Shown here: positions 1 through 9,715 of the stretch, one piece after another
Layout: each line of letters opens with the position of its first letter
How positions within the stretch are numbered: the first letter of the stretch is position 1
Origin: a bacterium
Lineage (GTDB): Bacteria > RBG-13-61-14 > DATKZS01
Length of the DNA stretch: 64,000 nt
Direction: 5' to 3'
Assembly (NCBI GenBank): GCA_963674965.2
Contig: CAXXFL010000006.1
Location: forward strand, 1 to 64,000
Notes under the pieces: model-generated
Databases searched by the model: none
What the model saw: only the letters and a program-made list of their open reading frames with translations
Told to the model about the DNA's origin: nothing
Position numbers and translations under genes: made by a program

Positions 1-1590
1 CCTTTTCCGGAAGCTCGCACACCAGGCCCTTCTTGGCCTTCTGCACCAGCCCCCTTTCCGCCTTGGCCTTTTCCAGCGACTTGGGAAGAACGTCGGCGGG
101 AGGCGACTCGACGCCGTATTTCCATTTAAGGAACTGCATGCCCGTGGTCGGATAAAGGGCGTAAATAAGGACGTCCTTCATGTCCGAGCTGAGCTTCTTG
201 ACCGCCTCGGTGGCGGCCTCGAGCTCGGGCTCCAGGAGGTCGGCCGGACGGCCCTTGATGGCCTTTTTATACATTCGTGGTCCTTGAGGCACTTCTTTTG
301 CACCTCCTTGTCCACCGGCGCGGGGGGCCTGCCGTAGAGACCGGCCGCGTAGTCCTTGACCCGGCTGAGTGATCCTCTCGTATCGGCCGAATAAAACGTT
401 CATCACCGACTGGGTGCCCAACGATCTGGGACGGACGGAGTCACAAGGGGTGGGTAGCCAAGCTCGGCCCTGGTTTTGGGCAGGTCCTCGAGCACCTCCC
501 CGATCCGGTCGATGGCCCCCGCCTCCCGAAGCTGGCTGACCAGGTTGCTCATCATGCCGCCCGGTATCTGATGGAGAAGCACTCCCGCGTCGATTACCGC
601 CATTTTCGTTGTCGTCCAGGATGTCGCAGTACTTGGGAGAAATTGCGCTCGATATAATCGCCGCACTTGGTCATAAGCTCGAGGTTCAGGCAAGGATCGC
701 GGTCGGTCCCCTCCAGGGTCACGGCTATGGGCTCGATGGCCGGCTGGCTGGTGCGCAGGGCAAAGGGAGCCAGGGCGCAGTCGATGATATCGACCCCCGC
801 CTCGACCGCCTTCAAGTAGGTCATGCTGCCCATGCCCGAGGTGTAGTGGCAATGGAGCTGAATCGGAATCTTCACCGTTTGCTTGAGCGTTCCGATAAGC
901 TCGTAGGCGTCAAGCGGCGCCAGGATGCCCGCCATGTCCCTTGATGCAAAGGGAGTGGGCGCCCATGTCCTCGAGTATACGGGCCTTCTCTTTATAGTAC
1001 TCGAGATTGTAGATCGGCCCTCCCAGCTTCCGCTGGGTCAGGCTGTAGCAGATGGTCCCCTGGATGTGCTTGTCCGTCTTCTCGCTGATGGCCTTGAAGC
1101 TGGACTCCATGTTGCGCTCGTCGTTCAAGGCGTCGAAAACGCGGAATATGTCAATGCCCGTCTCGGCGGCCTGGACCACGAAGGGCTCGACCAGGTCGTC
1201 GGCGTAATGCCTGTACCCCACCAGGTTCTGCCCGCGAAGGAGCATGGAGGTCTTGGTGTCGGGAAGGTGCTTCTTCATAATAGACAGCCTTTCCCATGGG
1301 TCCTCGTTGAGGAAGCGGGTGGCCGAGTCGAAGGTGGCCCCTCCCCAGACTTCCATGGCCACGAAACCTATTTTATTCATATCGTCCAGGATGGGTATCA
1401 TGTCCTCCGTGCGAAAGCGGGTGGCCAGAAGGCTCTGGTGGCCGTCGCGCAAGGTAGTGTCCATGACTCCCACCGGGTTTTTGGGACCCTTCTTCTTGAG
1501 ATCGGATTTACTCTCTTTCTTCCCGGAGGCGGGGCCGCCGGCTTTGGATGATTTTTTCTTCTTTTCGGACTCGGCGTTTTTCTTCGCCAT
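1..1590 (-). pseudogene. pycB: Pyruvate carboxylase subunit B / oxaloacetate decarboxylase alpha (carboxyltransferase domain), broken by several frameshifts (probably sequencing error); runs off the left edge
   Basis: Motifs DTTLRDGHQSL, EVWGGATFD, LLRGQNLVGYRHY, FRVFDALND, LHCHYTSG, HQIPGGM, GYPPLVTP and GRPADLLEPE are spread over ORFs 910-1596, 594-935, 403-852 and further frames. The first break is AAGGGAC in place of AAGGAC at the IKDMAG motif (~940). Confidence 0.85.
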
Positions 1591-1730
1591 TTTCAAACCT
1601 CCTGATTGATATGTTCAACTTCACGAAGCTTGGGAAAAACCAATTCGCGCCACGTTTGTTTTCCGGGCCATGGCGCCACTCCCAACAATATAACAAACGT
1701 TACGCGTTTCGACAACAAAAAGTAGAACCC

Positions 1731-1919
1731 CTATAAAGTACGCAAAGCACGAAGAGTAACGAGGGACCTCATGCGCATGATCTCCGTCCTCCCGTAACCG
1801 CTCCAGGCCCCGGAAAAACGGGGAACGTAATCCCCGCCCGACTGGGCCGCCCGCTCGTCCTCCAAGTACATGGTCACCGCCGAAAGAGCGGCGGCTATCT
1901 TCCTGGTCTTGTCTTCCAT
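1731..1919 (-). CDS. Small hypothetical protein, possible carboxylase accessory (epsilon-like) subunit
   Basis: 62 aa from ATG 1919 with an upstream GAGGG. It has an IAAALSAV helix and a W-x-x-x-G-R tail and lies just upstream of the carboxylase gene. Confidence 0.55.
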   Translation of the reverse strand: MEDKTRKIAAALSAVTMYLEDERAAQSGGDYVPRFSGAWSGYGRTEIMRMRSLVTLRALRTL

Positions 1920-2066
1920 TTTGTTTCCCTCGTCCCAATATTTTAGCGCCGCTACCCCTCGGGGGAGGACGCTCAAATCAAGCGAGACTAATCATACGAC
2001 ATGAAAATCGGCATATCAAACCCGGGCCTTTAAAAAACCCTCCCCAAATGCTAGAGTCTTTTCGGA

Positions 2067-2693
2067 ATGGAGCAGTTCCTCGAAACCCACGGATACTATC
2101 TTTACCTGGCGGGAGGGGCCCTGGCGGCGGCCCTGCTTCTCGTTCTTGTATATTTTGTGGCCGTGGCGGTTTTCACCTGGATGGCCGAAAGAGTCAGGAG
2201 AAGGATATCGGACGGCGTGGCCGAGGCGGGAGACAATCTGGGAGCTTTCGCCGCGGATAGAGCCGACGCGGCCTTCTCGGGTCTTTCGAGCCGTCTTGCC
2301 CGCTACGCGGAGAAACGGGGCATCGGCCCGGAGGAGGCCAAGCAACGCTTCTTCGAGCGCACCGAGTCCTTGGCCAGGATCATGGACAGGGCGATCGAGG
2401 TCCCCCTCATCGGCGGCGTTGGCCTGGACGCCCTGATCGGCGCCGCCTTGCCCGGATTGGGCGACGCGATAAGCAAGAGCGTGAGCGCCTATATAATCTT
2501 TTGCGCTCTTCAGTACGGCATACCCAAGGAACTGGTGGCCAAGATGGTGCGCAATTCCTTTTTGGATTTCCTGATCGGTCTCATGCCCGGACTGGGCGAT
2601 TTCCTTGACGTCCTTTATAAGGACAATGGAAAAAACGTCGAGTTATTGAGAGATTACCTGGAAAAACGCGGCGACTTGCAAAGAAGGACCTAA
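2067..2693 (+). CDS. DUF4112-like membrane protein
   Basis: N-terminal TM. C-terminal LARIMDRAI..P..G.GLDALIG..PG.GD...N..LDFLIG..PG.GDF.DV.YK.N.KN..LL is the DUF4112 pattern. Confidence 0.8.
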   Translation: MEQFLETHGYYLYLAGGALAAALLLVLVYFVAVAVFTWMAERVRRRISDGVAEAGDNLGAFAADRADAAFSGLSSRLARYAEKRGIGPEEAKQRFFERTESLARIMDRAIEVPLIGGVGLDALIGAALPGLGDAISKSVSAYIIFCALQYGIPKELVAKMVRNSFLDFLIGLMPGLGDFLDVLYKDNGKNVELLRDYLEKRGDLQRRT

Positions 2694-2798
2694 AGCGGCC
2701 AAAGCGCGTTGTAACTTGGCCTCGCTTTGAAATTTTCCATTTGTTTTCGTCGCCGTCGGCGCCCGATTTTGCAGGAAACCTTTTTTACCGGTTTCCAA

Positions 2799-2827
2799 TT
2801 GACACTTTTATCCAAGAATGCTACCAA
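2799..2827 (+). promoter_or_regulatory. Putative sigma70 promoter of the TPR-barrel/FecR/lipoprotein operon
   Basis: TTGACA, 17 bp spacer ending in TGC, then TACCAA. Confidence 0.45.
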
Positions 2828-2934
2828 TATAGTGTAGAAACGAACAGGGATCGAGTCCATATTCTTCGGTCAGGGGAGGCCGCTTCGAGTTTCCCGCCGG
2901 AGGATCGTGAACGGCTAATAGAAGGAGGAAAGTA

Positions 2935-4530
2935 GTGGAGATGCGGACCCAAAGGAGCACATCTATCGGGGCGGCCTTGGCGTCGCTGCTGGTAACGCTG
3001 GTCCTGGCCATTCCAACGGCGTCCCTCGCGGGCGCCCAGGCCAAGGTAAACGTGGAGAAAGCCAAGGTTGCCTTTTCGAGTGGAGAATACAAGAAGGCCC
3101 TTGACCTCCTCGAGGAGGCCATCGCCGAGGAGCCGGAAAACGCCGAGGCCTATCATTACGCGGGCCTTTGCATGATCGCCCTGGACAAGCCGGGCGAGGC
3201 CGTGCCGCTGCTCGAGCGCTCGGCCGCCCTTGACGGGGCCAACGCCTCCATCAACGAGGACCTGGCCTGGGCCAAGCTCGGGGCGGGAGACTTCGGGGGT
3301 GCCGTCGACTCGGCGGACGTGGCCATGTCCTACGACTCGGCGAGCGAGCGGGCGAGGCTCTACAAGGGCCAGGGCCTGATGGTTCAGGAAAACTTCGATG
3401 ACGCCCTCCTCCAGTTCGAGGACGTTCCCAGCGGCTCGAGCTTCGAGCAGGCGGCCGCGGTTTACGGCGGCGTCTGCCTTTACCGCCTGGGCCGGGTGGA
3501 TGACGCCAAGGCGAGTTTCCAGCGGGCCGTTGACCTCGACTCGGCCTCCGAGCTGGGCAAAGAGGCCGCCAAATACCTGGCCGCCCTCGAGGGCGGGGCC
3601 CCCGCCCAGGAGAAACCCTGGATGGTGCGGGGCAGGCTTTACTACCAGTATGACAGCAACATCATTCCCGCCCGGGACGAGGTCGTGGGGGTCACGCCGC
3701 CGGGCGGCGACGAGCCCCCTCCCCGCCAGAGCGACGGCCGCTTCGTGGTCGACCTTGACGCGCGTTACGATTACCGGAGCGGCCCCTACGGAGTGGGCGG
3801 CCGCTACCTGGGCTACGCCAGCTTCTACACCGAGGAGGACGAGTTCAACCTGGTCTTCAACATGGGCGAGGTTAACGGGTTCTACCAGTTCGACGTGAAC
3901 GACACGAACCTTCGTCTCGGCGGGGCATTCGATTACATGAACGCCACCCTGGACGGCGAGCAGTACAGCGACGTCATGCGGGGCCTGGCCAACGCCACGG
4001 CCTTCTGGAACGAGGCCATGGCCACCAAGCTCGAGTTCGAGTACTGGATGGAAACCTTCGAGGGGAGCGTCGAGGACACGGGAGGTCCGGCCACCCTCAA
4101 CGAGGGAGCCAACAACCGCGACAACAACCGCTGGTACGTCTCCCTTACCCAGTACTTCACCAACCCCAACGGATCGAACGCCAGCTTCTGGTTCGGCGGC
4201 CGGTATGGAGACGTGGCGGCCGACGGCGACAACTACAACAGGAACGAGACCAGGTTCTTCGGCGGCGTCATGGTCTCGCCCGAGGAATCCTGGTACCTGA
4301 CCCTTACGGGAAGCTGGGAGAACACGGACTTCTACGACTATATGAAGGACGTTCCCGGGGCCAACGACCGGGTCGAGCGGCGGACCAACCTGGCCGCGTC
4401 ATTCATCGTTCCGGTTTACAAGTGGATCAGCCTTTATACCGGCATCAGCTATACCTCGGTCGACTCGACCATCGTGGACCTCGAGTACGACCGGACCATC
4501 ACGAGCCTCGGCGTGATGGGCGAGCTATAA
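2935..4530 (+). CDS. TPR-repeat + outer-membrane beta-barrel protein (Slam/DUF560-like architecture)
   Basis: Signal peptide, several TPR helices (AYHYAG, ARLYKG, YGGVCLYRLG), then YQYDSNI and alternating aromatic beta-strands ending S.I..LEYDR...SLG. Start may be GTG 2935 or ATG 2941. Confidence 0.75.
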   Translation: MEMRTQRSTSIGAALASLLVTLVLAIPTASLAGAQAKVNVEKAKVAFSSGEYKKALDLLEEAIAEEPENAEAYHYAGLCMIALDKPGEAVPLLERSAALDGANASINEDLAWAKLGAGDFGGAVDSADVAMSYDSASERARLYKGQGLMVQENFDDALLQFEDVPSGSSFEQAAAVYGGVCLYRLGRVDDAKASFQRAVDLDSASELGKEAAKYLAALEGGAPAQEKPWMVRGRLYYQYDSNIIPARDEVVGVTPPGGDEPPPRQSDGRFVVDLDARYDYRSGPYGVGGRYLGYASFYTEEDEFNLVFNMGEVNGFYQFDVNDTNLRLGGAFDYMNATLDGEQYSDVMRGLANATAFWNEAMATKLEFEYWMETFEGSVEDTGGPATLNEGANNRDNNRWYVSLTQYFTNPNGSNASFWFGGRYGDVAADGDNYNRNETRFFGGVMVSPEESWYLTLTGSWENTDFYDYMKDVPGANDRVERRTNLAASFIVPVYKWISLYTGISYTSVDSTIVDLEYDRTITSLGVMGEL

Positions 4531-4570
4531 TAAATATGGCGAATCGCCCTAGCGGGTCAAGGAGGAACCT

Positions 4571-5449
4571 ATGAAGAAAACGATAATCGCGATGTTCCTG
4601 GCCGTCGCCCTACTGGCGGCCGGAGCGCCGGCCATGGCGTCAAACCAGGGCCAGATCACCGAAATGGAAGGATCGGTCACCATTACCAAGGCCAACGGAC
4701 AAAGGGCCACGGGAATGCTCGGGTCGGTCGTCAACCAGGGCGACGTGATCGAGACGGGCGTGGCCTCGAGGGCCACCATACTGTTCGACGACGGCAGCGT
4801 CCTGCGCATGGGGCCGGACACCACCCTCGAGATCAAGAAGCTGGCCTACGACCAGGAAAAGGGCGTGGTGGAAAGCGCCTATGACCTGGCCCAGGGGACC
4901 CTGATGTCCATCGTGGGGTCCCTCTTCGGAAACGAGGGGTCGTCCTACGAGGTCTCGACGCCCACGGCCGTAGCCGGCGTGCGAGGCACCACCTTTATCC
5001 TCAAGGTCGGCGTCAGGCCCGCCACCGGCGAGATGTCCACCATGGGCGTGGGCGTGGACGGGACCGTCAACTTCGCCGGCAAGTCGGGAGGACAGTTCGA
5101 CCTCGGACCCGACAAGTACTCCATCGCCGGGGCCGACGGCGTCGCCGGCCAACCCCTTCCCACCGACCCCAACTACATCGACGAACTGCTCGACGGTTTC
5201 CGCCTCGAGAACCCGAGCATGGGGTCCAGGGCCCAGGACATGAGGAACGGACCGGGCAAGAACGCGCCGAAGAGCAACAAGGGCGTGTTCCTCCCCAGGG
5301 ACATCAAGGGAGGCGGCCCGGGCGGGTCGGTTGACGACATCAAGGACAAAGAGGACATGATGGGCATGGACAACCCGGCCGAGGTTATCTTCCAGGAGCC
5401 GCCCGGCGCGGCGGGAACGCCCGTTCGAGTAACGATACAGTTGCCCTGA
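4571..5449 (+). CDS. Secreted FecR-domain protein
   Basis: Signal peptide, GDVIETG..SRA.I.F.DGS.LR.GPDT.L.I and TPTAVAGVRGT.F motifs; RBS AAGGAGG. Confidence 0.85.
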   Translation: MKKTIIAMFLAVALLAAGAPAMASNQGQITEMEGSVTITKANGQRATGMLGSVVNQGDVIETGVASRATILFDDGSVLRMGPDTTLEIKKLAYDQEKGVVESAYDLAQGTLMSIVGSLFGNEGSSYEVSTPTAVAGVRGTTFILKVGVRPATGEMSTMGVGVDGTVNFAGKSGGQFDLGPDKYSIAGADGVAGQPLPTDPNYIDELLDGFRLENPSMGSRAQDMRNGPGKNAPKSNKGVFLPRDIKGGGPGGSVDDIKDKEDMMGMDNPAEVIFQEPPGAAGTPVRVTIQLP

Positions 5450-5465
5450 AAAAGGAGATGGGAAG

Positions 5466-6554
5466 ATGAGAAAGAAAATATTTTCGCTCGCCGCGGCCGC
5501 CGCCGCCGTTACCCTGGCCTTGACCCTGACCTGGGCGGCCTGCGACCTTCCGCATAACCAGCCCAACAACGTCCTGTCCGTGTCCGTCAACGTCCCGCCT
5601 CGCGAGACGCGCGCCACTTTCGAGCCGCCTGGCGACATATCCCTCGAGGACCTGCTCTCGGAAGATTTTATCCTGCCGCCCGAGACCGACGAGTATCACC
5701 TCCGGATTTTCCTTACCAATCCGGACGAGGCCTTCTACGTGGCCGATTACCAGCCGGGCGAGGCGGTCGAGTTCCTGGTCTCCGAGGGTGAAGGCAGGGT
5801 AATCGGGGCCGAGGTTTACCTTATCCCCGGCGACACGCCCTCCCCCAATACTTTCACGGGCGTCAACTACGTGACCTCGACCCCCGAGGAGGAGCGCACC
5901 ATCAGCACCACGGGATCGCCGGTCAGCGTGAACCTCACCATGGTCCAGAACCCCTCGACGGGCATGATATCCGGCGGCGCCGTCCAGGCCAACGTGGGCA
6001 GCGGCGTCGAGGACCTGCCCCTTGGCGCCAACTGTCCTCCCGAGGACGAGTTCTTCGTCAATCTTACGGACAGGACCTTTGGCGGACTTTCCTTCCCCAC
6101 CATATTGGCCGACGATATGTACGAGTTGGGCAGTCTACAGATAACCGGGCTTCCACTGGGGCACACCTTCGAGATGAAGGCCTTCCATGGCCGCATCGGC
6201 GTCGAGGACACCCAGACTTTCGATTTCGACGTGACCCCCAAGGCCGTGGACGTGCTCTTCACCGGCTATAAAGCGCCACAGATGAACTTCTTCCCCGAGA
6301 GCTTGCCATCCCTCGTGGAGGGAAGCTCGATCACCATTATCTGGTACGTTACCGGGGGACTGGGAACGGATGACACCACGTTTTACGGCCTCGGAGCCGA
6401 CGACACCTGCCGTGACGGCGGAGGCGTTATGGACGAGGACGAGTACCAGTTCTACGTGCCGAGTTATAACAACTGCAAGATTGAGGTCGAGGCCGAGGAC
6501 TGCGGCGGCAACGTCGTTTCCGGAAGCATGAACGTGGACATCGTCATGCCCTGA
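5466..6554 (+). CDS. Acidic beta-rich putative lipoprotein
   Basis: Basic N-terminus, hydrophobic stretch, lipobox-like TWAAC; good codon usage; followed by a terminator. Confidence 0.7.
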   Translation: MRKKIFSLAAAAAAVTLALTLTWAACDLPHNQPNNVLSVSVNVPPRETRATFEPPGDISLEDLLSEDFILPPETDEYHLRIFLTNPDEAFYVADYQPGEAVEFLVSEGEGRVIGAEVYLIPGDTPSPNTFTGVNYVTSTPEEERTISTTGSPVSVNLTMVQNPSTGMISGGAVQANVGSGVEDLPLGANCPPEDEFFVNLTDRTFGGLSFPTILADDMYELGSLQITGLPLGHTFEMKAFHGRIGVEDTQTFDFDVTPKAVDVLFTGYKAPQMNFFPESLPSLVEGSSITIIWYVTGGLGTDDTTFYGLGADDTCRDGGGVMDEDEYQFYVPSYNNCKIEVEAEDCGGNVVSGSMNVDIVMP

Positions 6555-6573
6555 GGCATCCAGCATCGTCTAT

Positions 6574-6604
6574 AAAGCGCGGGCTAACCCCCGCGCTTTT
6601 TTTT
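6574..6604 (+). terminator. Rho-independent terminator
   Basis: AAAGCGCGGG-ctaacc-CCCGCGCTTT followed by a T run. Confidence 0.85.
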
Positions 6605-6614
6605 CGCGTCACGT

Positions 6615-6655
6615 CGGGTGACCCGGCCGGTTTCGCAAGAAACCGCGCGGGTCCC
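6615..6655. repeat. REP-like hairpin repeat, copy 1
   Basis: GACCCG-gc-CGGTTTC-GCAA-GAAACCG-cg-CGGGTC; near-identical copies at 6776-6816 and 58552-58590. Confidence 0.75.
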
Positions 6656-6719
6656 ACGCGGCCGGATGGGTCGAGGGCCACCCCCGTTATTCGATTTTCA
6701 AAGAGCAAGGCGGGTCGCG

Positions 6720-6780
6720 CCGCCGGGGCCTGACTTAGATCGCCATGCCGTCATCGCGTGAAAGCCGCGGGACGCCGGGT
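6720..6780. repeat. Left arm of a ~61 bp long-range inverted repeat (partner 8270-8331)
   Basis: Reverse complement ACCCGGCGTCCCGCGGCTTTCACGCGATGACGGCATGGCGATCTAAGTCAGGCCCCGGCGG matches 8270-8331 with a handful of differences. Confidence 0.85.
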
Positions 6781-7760
6781 GACCCGTCCGGTTTCGTAAG
6801 AAACCGCGCGGGTCCCGCGAAGCGGGATGGGTACGGGGCCGCGTATTTCTCGTTACCGCGTATTTCCCACCTGCCCATACACCTATCCGGCTCCACCGGC
6901 CCCGGGCGGTTTTTGGCAAAACCGGCCGGGGCACCCCACCAAGGCGATCGTCCTTTGCCAAAGGCCAGACAAGGACCGTCACGGGGGCGGGCGCAGTCGG
7001 ACTCGAGGAAGTCAGCGCGAAAGACCGGCCAGCCGGATTTTTCGATCATCGATGCCATCGCGGCAAGGCCGCCGTCGCTCTCGACTTCAGCCAGATAGGG
7101 ATTGCCTTTGACAGGACTGTAAACCGGGCCGCGTAAAAGATAGACCAGGAGCAGGAACTGGAAAGCCTCGAAATCTTCGTCGGCGTGGGCCCGGGCGTAA
7201 TAAAAACCGTCGATCAAAAGGGCCGGGCCGAAGCTGAAGGCCAGGTCGAAGGCGCGCTCGCGAGGAACGAACATTTCATCAAGGCCGGCGATGACCTCGT
7301 CCGGCACGTCCACAAGATAGTCGGGAACTTTGGCGGTCCTTAGCCACGTCTGTATTTGATAGCCCACGTGCTCCGGCTCGGGCGGGGTCCCGAAAAATCC
7401 ATGGTCGAACTCGTCCAGCTCCTTCAACCCGGCTTTCACCGCCGGGCACTCGGGGCAAGTCGAGAGCCAGCGGCGGCATTGTATGGTCATCTCGCCGGAC
7501 CGGGTCTCGGATAGTTTGATGAGGAAATTGCGGGCCAGGACGCGAGCGATCCGCTTGAACTTCACCGTGGACAGGCCGCACCGCTTGGCCCAGGCCCCGG
7601 CGGGCAAAGTCAGGGCCCGGTTCTCCTCCCCCTCGGCCCGCTCGGCCAGAATCTCGATAAGATAATAGTAAAGCCCATAACCCTCGAGCCCGCACCTCTT
7701 CATCACCTCGCTCTTGGCCCAGTCCCGGCCCGCGTCCACCTCATGCTTGAACCATAGCAT
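6735..7760 (-). CDS. DUF4373/Lin1244-like (phage replication initiator N-terminal wHTH-like) protein; 3' end reads into repeats
   Basis: N-terminus WFKH..D...D....V...G.EGYG.YY.LIE.LA is typical of DUF4373/replisome-organiser N-domains. RBS GAGGAG; CPEC motif in the middle. Confidence 0.6.
   Translation of the reverse strand: MLWFKHEVDAGRDWAKSEVMKRCGLEGYGLYYYLIEILAERAEGEENRALTLPAGAWAKRCGLSTVKFKRIARVLARNFLIKLSETRSGEMTIQCRRWLSTCPECPAVKAGLKELDEFDHGFFGTPPEPEHVGYQIQTWLRTAKVPDYLVDVPDEVIAGLDEMFVPRERAFDLAFSFGPALLIDGFYYARAHADEDFEAFQFLLLVYLLRGPVYSPVKGNPYLAEVESDGGLAAMASMIEKSGWPVFRADFLESDCARPRDGPCLAFGKGRSPWWGAPAGFAKNRPGPVEPDRCMGRWEIRGNEKYAAPYPSRFAGPARFLTKPDGSPGVPRLSRDDGMAI
6776..6816. repeat. REP-like hairpin repeat, copy 2
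   Basis: GACCCG-tc-CGGTTTC-GTAA-GAAACCG-cg-CGGGTC. Confidence 0.75.
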
Positions 7761-8269
7761 GTTCTCCTCCTCGCAAAAAATGCCCTTCTATATATGGCGA
7801 AACGGGTGCATTTTTGTGGAGCGCCGGTTGACGAAATGCTGGGTTTACGCGCCCGCGATGATATACCGTTATGGTTAATTACATAATTCCGGGAGGTAAG
7901 GGGCGCCGAAAAAAATATCGTCCATCCCTAATTTACGACCACAATTCCATCTCCGCTCGACGGTAAAACCCGGCCGTATCATAAATCAGGGTCGCCCACG
8001 CGTTTTGCGTGAGTGAGCGCGGCGAACGGGCTGAGCGTATAAAAATTGATGGCATGTTGATTATTCTCCGCATGGCCGCGGCACGGAGAGGGATGAGGCC
8101 TGAAAAGTGGGAGGAACTCAGCCCGCGGCTACGCCGCCCATGCAGAATGCATGGGCGACCCCGGCTGGCCGAAGGCGCGGGAAAGGGGGCGACGGTACGC
8201 CGGACGCGTACATAACGATCCAACGGCTTGCGCCGAGCGGATAGAGCTATCCGCGCCACCCGCGGCCAA

Positions 8270-8331
8270 ACCCGGGCGTCCAGCGGCTTTCACGCGTGGA
8301 CTGCATGGCGATCCAAGTCAGGCCCCGGCGG
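8270..8331. repeat. Right arm of the long-range inverted repeat (partner 6720-6780)
   Basis: ACCCGGGCGTCCAGCGGCTTTCACGCGTGGACTGCATGGCGATCCAAGTCAGGCCCCGGCGG. Confidence 0.85.
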
Positions 8332-8450
8332 GTCAACGCTTTTTGAAGAATTTCTTATCTTCCTCGATGGGCTTGTACTTCGCATTGATTGGTCTATATT
8401 AGTTACGTGATTTTCACAGAGAAAATACAAACACGATCAAGCGCGGCGCC

Positions 8451-9710
8451 ATGAGACCTCCTAGCTCAATCTACATAGCCTTCGACGTTTTTCCCCGGCC
8501 CAAGGGGTCCACCAGTCACGTGGCCTCCATGGTCCAGGCCATGGCCCTCGAATGGTCCCCCGTGTGGCTCCTCTGCCTCGGCTACGGGGACATGCCCCGC
8601 TACCAGGAGGAGGGAAACGTCCGCGTCTGGCGCTTCAAGGAATACCATCCCAACGCGCTGAGGCGGGCGGCCGGGTTCGCCGAGTTCGTGGAGAACATGA
8701 TGAGAAGAGCGGGAGACTCGGTCGAGCTCACGGTTTTCCGCGACCCCTGGGGCGGGTGCCCGGCCCTCGAGTGGGGCCATTCGTCCGCGAACGTCTTCGA
8801 GGTCAACGCCCTTCCCAGTTGGGAGCTGGCCTACGGGTATCCGGGTTTTTCCCGCAACCCGACTCTGGCCGCCAAGGTGCGGGACATGGAGAGGTTCTGC
8901 CTTCGCGAGTCCGACTCGATACTCACCGTTTCCGCCCTTACCGCCGAGGCCCTGGCCGAGGAGGGGGCCGACCGCCAAAAGATCAAGGTCATACCCAACT
9001 CGGCCTCAAGGGATTTCTTCGAGGCCGGCGCGGCCGACTCGCCCATCCCCGCGCTCGAGGAAAAAAGATGGATCGGCTACGTGGGCAGCCTCCATCCCTG
9101 GCAGGGCGTTAACGTCCTGCTTGACGCCTTCATCCGGGTGGCCGACGACGTGCCCGACCTGAACCTTCTAATCGTGCATGGCGGACGCAAGGGACCGGCC
9201 AAGACCCTGAAGAAAAGGATACGCAAGAAGGCCCCGCCGGGAAGGGTCCTGGCCCATCCTCCCCTCTCGCGCGAGGCGCTTGGGGCCGTCATCAAGAGGC
9301 TCGAGTTCACCGCCGCCCCCCTCCTTGAAAACACCAGGAACTCGGTGCAGGGATGCTGCCCCGTCAAGATTGTCGAGTCCATGGCCGCGGGGACGCCGGT
9401 CATGGCCTCGAACCTCAAGGTTTGCCGGGAACTTATAAAACACGGGGAAAACGGCGTGCTCGTCGAGCCGGGGTCCCCCCGGGCGTGGGCCCTCGAGATA
9501 CGCAGGGCCGCGCGAGATAAAAGCCGACTGGAAAAAATGTCCGAAGCCGCTAAAAAAACGGCCCTCTCCCGCTTTGATCGCCAATCGATCCATGATAGTC
9601 TTATCGCGTGCCTGAAAAGGGCGGCGAGCGATCAGGGAGTCCCGCCGTCCGCGAACCAAGCCCCATTTATTGGCGGAGAGGGCGCGGCTGGACCAGCCAT
9701 GGAAAGGTAG
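8451..9710 (+). CDS. Glycosyltransferase family 4 (GT-B)
   Basis: YVGSLHPWQGV, CPVKIVESMAAGTPV and NGVLVEPG motifs. Confidence 0.9.
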   Translation: MRPPSSIYIAFDVFPRPKGSTSHVASMVQAMALEWSPVWLLCLGYGDMPRYQEEGNVRVWRFKEYHPNALRRAAGFAEFVENMMRRAGDSVELTVFRDPWGGCPALEWGHSSANVFEVNALPSWELAYGYPGFSRNPTLAAKVRDMERFCLRESDSILTVSALTAEALAEEGADRQKIKVIPNSASRDFFEAGAADSPIPALEEKRWIGYVGSLHPWQGVNVLLDAFIRVADDVPDLNLLIVHGGRKGPAKTLKKRIRKKAPPGRVLAHPPLSREALGAVIKRLEFTAAPLLENTRNSVQGCCPVKIVESMAAGTPVMASNLKVCRELIKHGENGVLVEPGSPRAWALEIRRAARDKSRLEKMSEAAKKTALSRFDRQSIHDSLIACLKRAASDQGVPPSANQAPFIGGEGAAGPAMER

Positions 9711-9715
9711 GAAAT

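Noticed and set aside
7933-8410. Several short overlapping ORFs inside the inverted-repeat segment
   Set aside because: Arg/Pro-rich, no RBS or motifs, and partly translated from the repeat arm.
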